Shown one piece after another: positions 42,901 through 56,999 of a stretch of DNA of 64,000 nt. The DNA comes from the human T2T-CHM13v2.0 reference genome, Homo sapiens, in assembly GCF_009914755.1 (NCBI RefSeq), contig NC_060925.1; one strand, written 5' to 3'. The notes under the pieces are model-generated. The model did no database searches. It had not been told where the DNA came from and saw only the letters and a program-made list of their open reading frames with translations. The translations under genes and the position numbers were made by a program. Position 1 is the stretch's first letter; each line of letters opens with the position of its first letter.

Positions 42901-45900
42901 ATCGAATGGTATCATTGAATGGAATCGAATGGAATCATCATCAGATGGAAATGAATGGAATCGTCATAGAATGGAATCGAATGGATTCATTGAATGGAAT
43001 CAGATGGAATCATCGAATGGACTGGAATGGAATCATTGAATGGACTCGAAAGGGATCATGATTGAATGGAATTGAATGGAATCATCGAATGGTCTCGATT
43101 GGAATCATTATCAAATGGAATCGAATGGAATCACCGAATAGAATCGAATGGAACAATCATCGAATGGACTCAAATGGAATTATCCTCCAATGGAATCGAA
43201 TGGAATTATCGAATGCAATCGAATGGAATTATCGAATGCAATCGAATAGAATCATCGAATGGACTCGAATGGAATCATCGAATGGAATGGAATGGAACAG
43301 TCAATGAACTCGAATGGAATCATCATTGAATGGAATCGAATGGAATCATCGAGTGGAATCGAATGGAATTATGATCAAATGGAATGGAATGTAATCATCA
43401 TCAAATGGAATCAAAAATAACCATCATCAATTGGTATTGAATGGAATTGTCATCAAATGGAATTCAAAGGAATCATCATCAAATGGAACCGAATGGAATC
43501 CTCATTGAATGGAAATGAAAGGGGTCATCATCTAATGGAATCGCATGGAATCATCATCAAATGGAATCGAATGGAATCATCATCAAATGGAATCTAATGG
43601 AATCATTGAACAGAATTGAATGGAATCGTCATCGAATGAATTGAATGCAATCATCGAATGGTCTCGAATGGAATCATCTTCTAATGGAAAGGAATGGAAT
43701 CATCGCATAGAATCGAATGGAATTATCATCGAATGGAATCGAATGGTATCAACACCAAACGGAAAAAAACGGAATTATCGAATGGAATCGAAGAGAATCT
43801 TCGAACGGACCCGAATGGAATCATCTAATTGAATGGAATGGAATAATCCATGGACTCGAATGCAATCATCATCGAATGGAATCGAATGGAATCATCGAAT
43901 GGACTCGAATGGAATAATCATTGAACGGAATCGAATGGAATCATCATCGGATGGAAACGAATGGAATCATCATCGAATGGAAATGAAAGGAGTCATCATC
44001 TAATGGAATTGCATGGAATCATCATAAAATGGAATCGAATGGAATCAACATCAAATGGAATCAAATGGAATCATTGAACGGAATTGAATGGAATCGTCAT
44101 CGAATGAATTGACTGCAATCATCGAATGGTCTCGAATGGAATCATCTTCAAATGGAATGGAATGGAATCATCGCATAGAATCGAATGGAATTATCATCGA
44201 ATGGAATCGAATGGAATCAACATCAAACGGAAAAAAACGGAATTATCGAATGGAATCGAAGAGAATCATCGAATGGACCCGAATGGAATCATCTAATGGA
44301 ATGGAATGGAATAATCCATGGACTCGAATGCAATCATCATCGAATGGAATCGAATGGAATCATCGAATGGACTCGAATGGAATAATCATTGAACGGAATC
44401 GAATGGAATCATCATCGGATGGAAATGAATGGAATCATCATCGAATGGAATCGAATAGAATTATGGAATGAAATCCAGTGTGATCATCATCGAATGGACC
44501 CGAATGGAATCATCATCCAACGGAAGCTAATGGAATCAACATCGAATGAATCGAATGGAAACACCATCGAATTGAAACGAATGGAATTATCATGAAATTG
44601 AAATGGATGGACTCATCATCGAATGGATTCGAATGGAATCATCGAATAAAATTGATTGAAATCATCATCCAATGGAATCGAATGGTATCATTGAATGGAA
44701 TCGAATGGAATCATCATCAGATGGAAATGAATGGAATCGTCATAGAATGGAATCGAATGGATTCATTGAATGGAATCAGATGGAATCATCGAATGGACTG
44801 GAATGGAATCATTGAATGGACTCGAAAGGGATCATTATTGAATGGAATTGAATGGAATCATCGAATGGTCTCGATTGGAATCATTATCAAATGGAATCGA
44901 ATGGAATCACCGAATAGAATCGAATGGAACAATCATCGAATGGACTCAAATGGAATTATCCTCCAATGGAATCGAATGGAATTATCGAATGCAATCGAAT
45001 GGAATTATCGAATGCAATCGAATAGAATCATCGAATGGACTCGAATGGAATCATCGAATGGAATGGAATGGAACAGTCAATGAACTCGAATGGAATCATC
45101 ATTGAATGGAATCGAATGGAATCATCGAGTGGAATCGAATGGAATTATGATCAAATGGAATGGAATGTAATCATCATCAAATGGAATCAAAAATAACCAT
45201 CATCAATTGGTATTGAATGGAATTGTCATCAAATGGAATTCAAAGGAATCATCATCAAATGGAACCGAATGGAATCCTCATTGAATGGAAATGAAAGGGG
45301 TCATCATCTAATGGAATCGCATGGAATCATCATCAAATGGAATCGAATGGAATCATCATCAAATGGAATCTAATGGAATCATTGAACAGAATTGAATGGA
45401 ATCGTCATCGAATGAATTGAATGCAATCATCGAATGGTCTCGAATGGAATCATCTTCTAATGGAAAGGAATAGAATCATCGCATAGAATCGAATGGAATT
45501 ATCATCGAATGGAATCGAATGGTATCAACACCAAACGGAAAAAAACGGAATTATCGAATGGAATCGAAGAGAATCTTCGAACGGACCCGAATGGAATCAT
45601 CTAATGGAATGGAATGGAATAATCCATGGACTCGAATGCAATCATCATCGAATGGAATCGAATGGAATCATCGAATGGACTCGAATGGAATAATCATTGA
45701 ACGGAATCGATTGGAATCATCATCGGATGGAAACGAATGGAATCATCATCGAATGGAAATGAAAGGAGTCATCATCTAATGGAATTGCATGGAATCATCA
45801 TAAAATGGAATCGAATGGAATCAACATCAAATGGAATCAAATGGAATCATTGAACGGAATTGAATGGAATCGTCATCGAATGAATTGACTGCAATCATCC

Positions 45901-48900
45901 AATGGTGTCGAATGGAATCATCTTCAAATGGAATGGAATGGAATCATCGCATAGAATCGAATGGAATTATCATCGAATGGAATCGAATGGAATCAACATC
46001 CAACGGAAAAAAACGGAATTATCGAATGGAATCGAAGAGAATCATCGAATGGACCCGAATGGAATCATCTAATGGAATGGAATGGAATAATCCATGGACT
46101 CGAATGCAATCATCATCGAATGGAATCGAATGGAATCATCGAATGGACTCGAATGGAATAATCATTGAACGGAATCGAATGGAATCATCATCGGATGGAA
46201 ATGAATGGAATCATCATCGAATGGAATCGAATAGAATTATGGAATGAAATCCAGTGTGATCATCATCAAATGGACCCGAATGGAATCATCATCCAACGGA
46301 AGCTAATGGAATCAACATCGAATGAATCGAATGGAAACACCATCGAATTGAAACGAATGGAATTATCATGAAATTGAAATGGATGGACTCATCATCGAAT
46401 GGATTCGAATGGAATCATCGAATAAAATTGATTGAAATCATCATCGAATGGAATCGAATGGTATCATTGAATGGAATCGAATGGAATCATCATCAGATGG
46501 AAATGAATGGAATCGTCATAGAATGGAATCGAATGGATTCATTGAATGGAATCAGATGGAATCATCGAATGGACTGGAATGGAATCATTGAATGGACTCG
46601 AAAGGGATCATGATTGAATGGAATTGAATGGAATCATCGAATGGTCTCGATTGGAATCATTATCAAATGGAATCGAATGGAATCACCGAATAGAATCGAA
46701 TGGAACAATCATCGAATGGACTCAAATGGAATTATCCTCCAATGGAATCGAATGGAATTATCGAATGCAATCGAATGGAATTATCGAATGCAATCGAATA
46801 GAATCATCGAATGGACTCGAATGGAATCATCGAATGGAATGGAATGGAACAGTCAATGAACTCGAATGGAATCATCATTGAATGGAATCGAATGGAATCA
46901 TCGAGTGGAATCGAATGGAATTATGATCAAATGGAATGGAATGTAATCATCATCAAATGGAATCAAAAATAACCATCATCAATTGGTATTGAATGGAATT
47001 GTCATCAAATGGAATTCAAAGGAATCATCATCAAATGGAACCGAATGGAATCCTCATTGAATGGAAATGAAAGGGGTCATCATCTAATGGAATCGCATGG
47101 AATCATCATCAAATGGAATCGAATGGAATCATCATCAAATGGAATCTAATGGAATCATTGAACAGAATTGAATGGAATCGTCATCGAATGAATTGAATGC
47201 AATCATCGAATGGTCTCGAATGGAATCATCTTCTAATGGAAAGGAATGGAATCATCGCATAGAATCGAATGGAATTATCATCGAATGGAATCGAATGGTA
47301 TCAACACCAAACGGAAAAAAACGGAATTATCGAATGGAATCGAAGAGAATCTTCGAACGGACCCGAATGGAATCATCTAATTGAATGGAATGGAATAATC
47401 CATGGACTCGAATGCAATCATCATCGAATGGAATCGAATGGAATCATCGAATGGACTCGAATGGAATAATCATTGAACGGAATCGAATGGAATCATCATC
47501 GGATGGAAACGAATGGAATCATCATCGAATGGAAATGAAAGGAGTCATCATCTAATGGAATTGCATGGAATCATCATAAAATGGAATCGAATGGAATCAA
47601 CATCAAATGGAATCAAATGGAATCATTGAACGGAATTGAATGGAATCGTCATCGAATGAATTGACTGCAATCATCGAATGGTCTCGAATGGAATCATCTT
47701 CAAATGGAATGGAATGGAATCATCGCATAGAATCGAATGGAATTATCATCGAATGGAATCGAATGGAATCAACATCAAACGGAAAAAAACGGAATTATCG
47801 AATGGAATCGAAGAGAATCATCGAATGGACCCGAATGGAATCATCTAATGGAATGGAATGGAATAATCCATGGACTCGAATGCAATCATCATCGAATGGA
47901 ATCGAATGGAATCATCGAATGGACTCGAATGGAATAATCATTGAACGGAATCGAATGGAATCATCATCGGATGGAAATGAATGGAATCATCATCGAATGG
48001 AATCGAATAGAATTATGGAATGAAATCCAGTGTGATCATCATCGAATGGACCCGAATGGAATCATCATCCAACGGAAGCTAATGGAATCAACATCGAATG
48101 AATCGAATGGAAACACCATCGAATTGAAACGAATGGAATTATCATGAAATTGAAATGGATGGACTCATCATCGAATGGATTCGAATGGAATCATCGAATA
48201 AAATTGATTGAAATCATCATCCAATGGAATCGAATGGTATCATTGAATGGAATCGAATGGAATCATCATCAGATGGAAATGAATGGAATCGTCATAGAAT
48301 GGAATCGAATGGATTCATTGAATGGAATCAGATGGAATCATCGAATGGACTGGAATGGAATCATTGAATGGACTCGAAAGGGATCATTATTGAATGGAAT
48401 TGAATGGAATCATCGAATGGTCTCGATTGGAATCATTATCAAATGGAATCGAATGGAATCACCGAATAGAATCGAATGGAACAATCATCGAATGGACTCA
48501 AATGGAATTATCCTCCAATGGAATCGAATGGAATTATCGAATGCAATCGAATGGAATTATCGAATGCAATCGAATAGAATCATCGAATGGACTCGAATGG
48601 AATCATCGAATGGAATGGAATGGAACAGTCAATGAACTCGAATGGAATCATCATTGAATGGAATCGAATGGAATCATCGAGTGGAATCGAATGGAATTAT
48701 GATCAAATGGAATGGAATGTAATCATCATCAAATGGAATCAAAAATAACCATCATCAATTGGTATTGAATGGAATTGTCATCAAATGGAATTCAAAGGAA
48801 TCATCATCAAATGGAACCGAATGGAATCCTCATTGAATGGAAATGAAAGGGGTCATCATCTAATGGAATCGCATGGAATCATCATCAAATGGAATCGAAT

Positions 48901-50563
48901 GGAATCATCATCAAATGGAATCTAATGGAATCATTGAACAGAATTGAATGGAATCGTCATCGAATGAATTGAATGCAATCATCGAATGGTCTCGAATGGA
49001 ATCATCTTCTAATGGAAAGGAATAGAATCATCGCATAGAATCGAATGGAATTATCATCGAATGGAATCGAATGGTATCAACACCAAACGGAAAAAAACGG
49101 AATTATCGAATGGAATCGAAGAGAATCTTCGAACGGACCCGAATGGAATCATCTAATGGAATGGAATGGAATAATCCATGGACTCGAATGCAATCATCAT
49201 CGAATGGAATCGAATGGAATCATCGAATGGACTCGAATGGAATAATCATTGAACGGAATCGATTGGAATCATCATCGGATGGAAACGAATGGAATCATCA
49301 TCGAATGGAAATGAAAGGAGTCATCATCTAATGGAATTGCATGGAATCATCATAAAATGGAATCGAATGGAATCAACATCAAATGGAATCAAATGGAATC
49401 ATTGAACGGAATTGAATGGAATCGTCATCGAATGAATTGACTGCAATCATCCAATGGTGTCGAATGGAATCATCTTCAAATGGAATGGAATGGAATCATC
49501 GCATAGAATCGAATGGAATTATCATCGAATGGAATCGAATGGAATCAACATCCAACGGAAAAAAACGGAATTATCGAATGGAATCGAAGAGAATCATCGA
49601 ATGGACCCGAATGGAATCATCTAATGGAATGGAATGGAATAATCCATGGACTCGAATGCAATCATCATCGAATGGAATCGAATGGAATCATCGAATGGAC
49701 TCGAATGGAATAATCATTGAACGGAATCGAATGGAATCATCATCGGATGGAAATGAATGGAATCATCATCGAATGGAATCGAATAGAATTATGGAATGAA
49801 ATCCAGTGTGATCATCATCAAATGGACCCGAATGGAATCATCATCCAACGGAAGCTAATGGAATCAACATCGAATGAATCAAATGGAAACACCATCGAAT
49901 TGAAACGAATGGAATTATCATGAAATTGAAATGGATGGACTCATCATCGAATGGATTCGAATGGAATCATCGAATAAAATTGATTGAAATCATCATCGAA
50001 TGGAATCGAATGGTATCATTGAATGGAATCGAATGGAATCATCATCAGATGGAAATGAATGGAATCGTCATAGAATGGAATCGAATGGATTCATTGAATG
50101 GAATCAGATGGAATCATCGAATGGACTGGAATGGAATCATTGAATGGACTCGAAAGGGATCATGATTGAATGGAATTGAATGGAATCATCGAATGGTCTC
50201 GATTGGAATCATTATCAAATGGAATCGAATGGAATCACCGAATAGAATCGAATGGAACAATCATCGAATGGACTCAAAGGGAATTATCCTCCAATGGAAT
50301 CGAATGGAATTATCGAATGCAATCGAATGGAATTATCGAATGCAATCGAATAGAATCATCGAATGGACTCGAATGGAATCATCGAATGGAATGGAATGGA
50401 ACAGTCAATGAACTCGAATGGAATCATCATTGAATGGAATCGAATGGAATCATCGAGTGGAATCGAATGGAATTATGATCAAATGGAATCGAATGTTATC
50501 CTCATCAAATGGAATCAAAAATAACCATCATCAATTGGTATTGAATGGAATTGTCATCAAATG
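39909..50563 (+). repeat. Dimeric 3552-bp higher-order repeat, three copies (the last two near-identical)
   Basis: tctaattgaatgg marks the units anchored at 40069, 43620 and 47172, alternating with units carrying cgattggaatc/atccaatgg. Private SNPs ggaaaggaatagaatc, ccaatggtgtcg and catcaaatggacccg are shared at offset 3552 (45.4-46.3 kb vs 49.0-49.8 kb). Confidence 0.88.
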
Positions 50564-52339
50564 GAATTCAAAGGAATCATCATCAAATGGAACCGAATGG
50601 AATCCTCATTGAATGGAAATGAAAGGGGTCATCATCTAATGGAATCGCATGGAATCATCATCAAATGGAATCGAATGGAATCATCATCAAATGGAATCTA
50701 ATGGAATCATTGAACAGAATTGAATGGAATCGTCATCGAATGAATTGAATGCAATCATCGAATGGTCTCGAATGGAATCATCTTCTAATGGAAAGGAATG
50801 GAATCATCGCATAGAATCGAATGGAATTATCATCGAATGGAATCGAATGGTATCAACACCAAACGGAAAAAAACGGAATTATCGAATGGAATCGAAGAGA
50901 ATCTTCGAACGGACCCGAATGGAATCATCTAATGGAATGGAATGGAATAATCCATGGACTCGAATGCAATCATCATCGAATGGAATCGAATGGAATCATC
51001 GAATGGACTCGAATGGAATAATCATTGAACGGAATCGAATGGAATCATCATCGGATGGAAACGAATGGAATCATCATCGAATGGAAATGAAAGGAGTCAT
51101 CATCTAATGGAATTGCATGGAATCATCATAAAATGGAATCGAATGGAATCAACATCAAATGGAATCAAATGGAATCATTGAACGGAATTGAATGAAATCG
51201 TCATCGAATGAATTGAATGCAATCATCGAATGGTCTCGAATGGAATCATCTTCAAATGGAATGGAATGGAATCATCGCATAGAATCGAATGGAATTATCA
51301 TCGAATGGAATCGAATGGAATCAACATCAAACGGAAAAAAACGGAATTATCGAATGGAATCGAAGAGAATCATCGAATGGACCCGAATGGAATCATCTAA
51401 TGGAATGGAATGGAATAATCCATGGACTCGAATGCAATCATCATCGAATGGAATCGAATGGAATCATCGAATGGACTCGAATGGAATAATCATTGAACGG
51501 AATCGAATGGAATCATCATCGGATGGAAATGAATGGAATCATCATCGAATGGAATCGAATAGAATTATGGAATGAAATCCAGTGTGATCATCATCGAATG
51601 GACACGAATGGAATCATCATCCAACGGAAGCTAATGGAATCAACATCGAATGAATCAAATGGAAACACCATCGAATTGAAACGAATGGAATTATCATGAA
51701 ATTGAAATGGATGGACTCATCATCAAATGGATTCGAGTGGAATCATCGAATAAAATTGATTGAAATCATCATCGAATGGAATCGAATGGTATCATTGAAT
51801 GGAATCGAATGGAATCATCATCAGATGGAAATGAAAGGAATCGTCATAGAATGGAATCGAATGGATTCATTGAATGGAATCAGATGGAATCATTGAATGG
51901 ACTGGAATGGAATCATTGAATGGACACGAAAGGGATCATGATTGAATGGAATTGAATGGAATCATCGAATGGTCTCGATTGGAATCATTATCAAATGGAA
52001 TCGAATTGAATCACCGAATAGAATCGAATGGAACAATCATCTAATGGACTCAAATGGAATTATCCTCAAATGGAATCGAATGGAATTATCGAATGCAATC
52101 GAATGGAATTATCGAATGCAATCGAAGAGAATCATCGAATGGACTCGAATGGAATCATCGAATGGAATGGAATGGAACAGTCAATGAACTCGAATGGAAT
52201 CATCATTGAATGGAATCGAATGGAATCATCGAGTGGAATCGAATGGAATTATGATCAAATGGAATCGAATGTAATCATCATCAAATGGAATCAAAAATAA
52301 CCATCATCAATTGGTATTGAATGGAATTCTCATCAAATG

Positions 52340-54557
52340 GAATTCAAAGGAATCATCATCAAATGGAACCGAATGGAATCCTCATTGAATGGAAATGAAA
52401 GGGGTCATCATCTAATGGAATCGCATGGAATCATCAGCAAATGGAATCGAATGGAATCAACATCAAATGGAATCTAATGGAATCATTGAACGGAATTGAA
52501 TGGAATCGTCATCGAATGAATTGAATGCAATCATCGAATGGTCTCGAATGGAATCATCTTCAAATGGAATGGAATGGAATCATCGCATAGAATCGAATGG
52601 AATTATCATCGAATGGAATCGAATGGAATCAACATCAAACGGAAAAAAACGGAATTATCGAATGGAATCGAAGAGAATCTTCGAACGGACCCGAATGGAA
52701 TCATCTAATGGAATGGAATGGAATAATCCATGGACTCGAATGCTATCATCATCGAATGGAATCGAATGGAATCATCGAATGGACTCGAATGGAATAATCA
52801 TTGAATGGAATCGAATGGAATCATCATCGGATGGAAACGAATGGAATCATCATCGAATGGAAATGAAAGGACTCATCATCTAATGGAATTGCATGGAATC
52901 ATCATAAAATGGAATCGAATGGAATCAACATCAAATGGAATCAAATGGAATCATTGAACGGAATTGAATGGAATCGTCATCGAATGAATTGAATGCAATC
53001 ATCGAATGGTCTCGAATGGAATCATCTTCAAATGGAATGGAATGGAATCATCGCATAGAATCGAATGGAATTATCATCGAATGGAATCGAATGGAATCAA
53101 CATCAAACGGAAAAAAACGGAATTATCGAATGGAATCGAAGAGAATCATCGAATGGACCCGAATGGAATCATCTAATGGAATGGAATGGAATAATCCATG
53201 GACTCGAATGCAATCATCATCGAATGGAATCGAATGGAATCATCGAATGGACTCGAATGGAATAATCATTGAACGGAAACGAATGGAATCATCATCGGAT
53301 GGAAATGAAAGGAGTCATCATCTAATGGAATTGCATGGAATCATCATAAAATGGAATCGAATGGAATCAACATCAAATGGAATCAAATGGAATCATTGAA
53401 CGGAATTGAATGGAATCGTCATCGAATGAATTGAAAGCAATCATCGAATGGTCTCGAATGGAATCATCTTCAAATGGAATGGAATGGAATCATCGCATAG
53501 AATCGAATGGAATTATCATCGAATGGAATCGAATGGAATCAACATCAAACGGAATAAAACGGAATTATCAAATGGAATCGAAGAGAATCATCGAATGGAC
53601 CCGAATGGAATCATTTAATGGAATGGAATGGAATAATCCATGGACTCGAATGCAATCATCATCGAATGGAATCGAATGGAATCATCGAATGGACTCGAAT
53701 GGAATAATCATTGAACGGAATCGAATGGAATCATCATCGGATGGAAATGAATGGAATCATCATCGAATGGAATCGAATAGAATTATGGAATGAAATCCAG
53801 TGTGATCATCATCGAATGGACCCGAATGGAATCATCATCCAACGGAAGCTAATGGAATCAACATCGAATGAATCAAATGGAAACACCATCGAATTGAAAC
53901 GAATGGAATTACCATGAAATTGAAATGGATGGACTCATCATCGAATGGATTCGAATGGAATCATCGAATAAAATTGATTGAAATCATCATCGAATGGAAT
54001 CGAATGGTATCATTGAATGGAATCGAATGGAATCATCATCAGATGGAAATGAATGGAATCGTCATAGAATGGAATCGAATGGATTCATTGAATGGAATCA
54101 GATGGAATCATCGAATGGACTGGAATGGAATCATTGAATGGACTCGAAAGGGATCATGATTGAATGGAATTGAATGGAATCATCGAATGGTCTCGATTGG
54201 AATCATTATCAAATGGAATCGAATGGAATCACCGAATAGAATCGAATGGAACAATCATCGAATGGACACAAATGGAATTATCCTCAAATGGAATCGAATG
54301 GAATTATCGAATGCAATCGAATGGAATTATCGAATGCAATCGAATAGAATCATCGAATGGACTCGAATGGAATCATCGAATGGAATGGAATGGAACAGTC
54401 AATGAACTCGAATGGAATCATCATTGAATGGAATCGAATGGAATCATCGAGTGGAATCGAATGTAATCATCATCAAATGGAATCAAAAATAACCATCATC
54501 AAATGGAATCAAAAATAACCATCATCAATTGGTAGTGAATGGAATTCTCATCAAATG
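52340..54557 (+). repeat. 2218-bp three-module unit (extra 442-bp module)
   Basis: Module anchors at 52500, 52968, 53410 (spacings 468, 442). Junction catcggatggaaatgaaaggagtc at ~53293-53316. Confidence 0.92.
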
Positions 54558-55865
54558 GAATTCAAAGGAATCATCATCAAATGGAACCGAATGGAATCCT
54601 CATTGAATGGAAATGAAAGGGGTTATCATCTAATGGAATCGCATGGAATCATCATAAAATGGAATCGAATGGAATCAACATCAAACGGAATCAAATGGAA
54701 TCATTGAACGGAATTGAATGGAATCGTCATCGAATGAATTGAATGCAATCATCGAATGGTCTCGAATGGAATCATCTTCTAATGGAATGGAATGGAATCA
54801 GCACATAGAATCGAATGGAATTATCATCGAATGGAATCGAATGGAATCAACATCAAACGGAAAAAAACGGAATTATCGAATGCAATCGAAGAGAATCATC
54901 GAATGGACCCGAATGGAATCATCTAATGGAATGGAATGGAATAATCCATGGACTCGAATGCAATCATCATCGAATGGAATCGAATGGAATCATCGAATGG
55001 ACTCGAATGGAATAATCATTGAACGGAATCGAATGGAATCATCATCGGATGGAAACGAATGGAATCATCATCGAATGGAATCAAATAGAATTATGGAATG
55101 AAATCCAGTGTGATCATCATCGAATGGACCCGAATGGAATCATCATCCAACGGAAGCTAATGGAATCAACATCGAATGAATCAAATGGAAACACCATCGA
55201 ATTGAAACGAATGGAATTACCATGAAATTGAAATGGATGGACTCATCATCAAATGGATTCGAATGGATTCATCAAATAAAATTGATTGAAATCATCATCG
55301 AATGGAATCGAATGGTATCATTGAATGGAATCGAATGGAATCATCATCAGATGGAAATGAATGGAATCCTCATAGAATGGAATCGAATGGATTCATTGAA
55401 TGGAATCAGATGGAATCATTGAATTTACTGGAATGGAATCATTGAATGGACTCGAAAGGGATCATTATTGAATGGAATTGAATGGAATCATCGAATGGTC
55501 TCGATTGGAATCATTATCAAATGGAATCGAATGGAATCACCGAATAGAATCGAATGGAACAATCATCGAATGGACTCAAATGGAATTATCCTCCAATGGA
55601 ATCGAATGGAATTATCGAATGCAATCGAATGGAATTATCGAATGCAATCGAAGAGAATCATCGAATGGACTCGAATGGAATCATCGAATGGAATGGAATG
55701 GAACAGTCAATGAACTCGAATGGAATCATCATTGAATGGAATCGAATGGAATCATCGAGTGGAATCGAATGGAATTATGATCAAATGGAATGGAATGTAA
55801 TCATCATCAAATGGAATCAAAAATAACCATCATCAATTGGTATTGAATGGAATTGTCATCAAATG
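54558..55865 (+). repeat. 1308-bp single-module unit
   Basis: Anchors 54718 to 56026 give 1308 bp, with a single module. Confidence 0.92.
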
Positions 55866-56999
55866 GAATTCAAAGGAATCATCATCAAATGGAACCGAAT
55901 GGAATCCTCATTGAATGGAAATGAAAGGGGTCATCATCTAATGGAATCGCATGGAATCATCATCAAATGGAATCGAATGGAATCATCATCAAATGGAATC
56001 TAATGGAATCATTGAACAGAATTGAATGGAATCGTCATCGAATGAATTGAATGCAATCATCGAATGGTCTCGAATGGAATCATCTTCTAATGGAAAGGAA
56101 TGGAATCATCGCATAGAATCGAATGGAATTATCATCGAATGGAATCGAATGGTATCAACACCAAACGGAAAAAAACGGAATTATCGAATGGAATCGAAGA
56201 GAATCTTCGAACGGACCCGAATGGAATCATCTAATGGAATGGAATGGAATAATCCATGGACTCGAATGCAATCATCATCGAATGGAATCGAATGGAATCA
56301 TCGAATGGACTCGAATGGAATAATCATTGAACGGAATCGATTGGAATCATCATCGGATGGAAACGAATGGAATCATCATCGAATGGAAATGAAAGGAGTC
56401 ATCATCTAATGGAATTGCATGGAATCATCATAAAATGGAATCGAATGGAATCAACATCAAATGGAATCAAATGGAATCATTGAACGGAATTGAATGGAAT
56501 CGTCATCGAATGAATTGACTGCAATCATCCAATGGTCTCGAATGGAATCATCTTCAAATGGAATGGAATGGAATCATCGCATAGAATCGAATGGAATTAT
56601 CATCGAATGGAATCGAATGGAATCAACATCCAACGGAAAAAAACGGAATTATCGAATGGAATCGAAGAGAATCATCGAATGGACCCGAATGGAATCATCT
56701 AATGGAATGGAATGGAATAATCCATGGACTCGAATGCAATCATCATCGAATGGAATCGAATGGAATCATCAAATGGACTCGAATGGAATAATCATTGAAC
56801 GGAATCGAATGGAATCATCATCGGATGGAAATGAATGGAATCATCATCGAATGGAATCGAATAGAATTATGGAATGAAATCCAGTGTGATCATCATCGAA
56901 TGGACCCGAATGGAATCATCATCCAACGGAAGCTAATGGAATCAACATCGAATGAATCAAATGGAAACACCATCGAATTGAAACGAATGGAATTATCAT

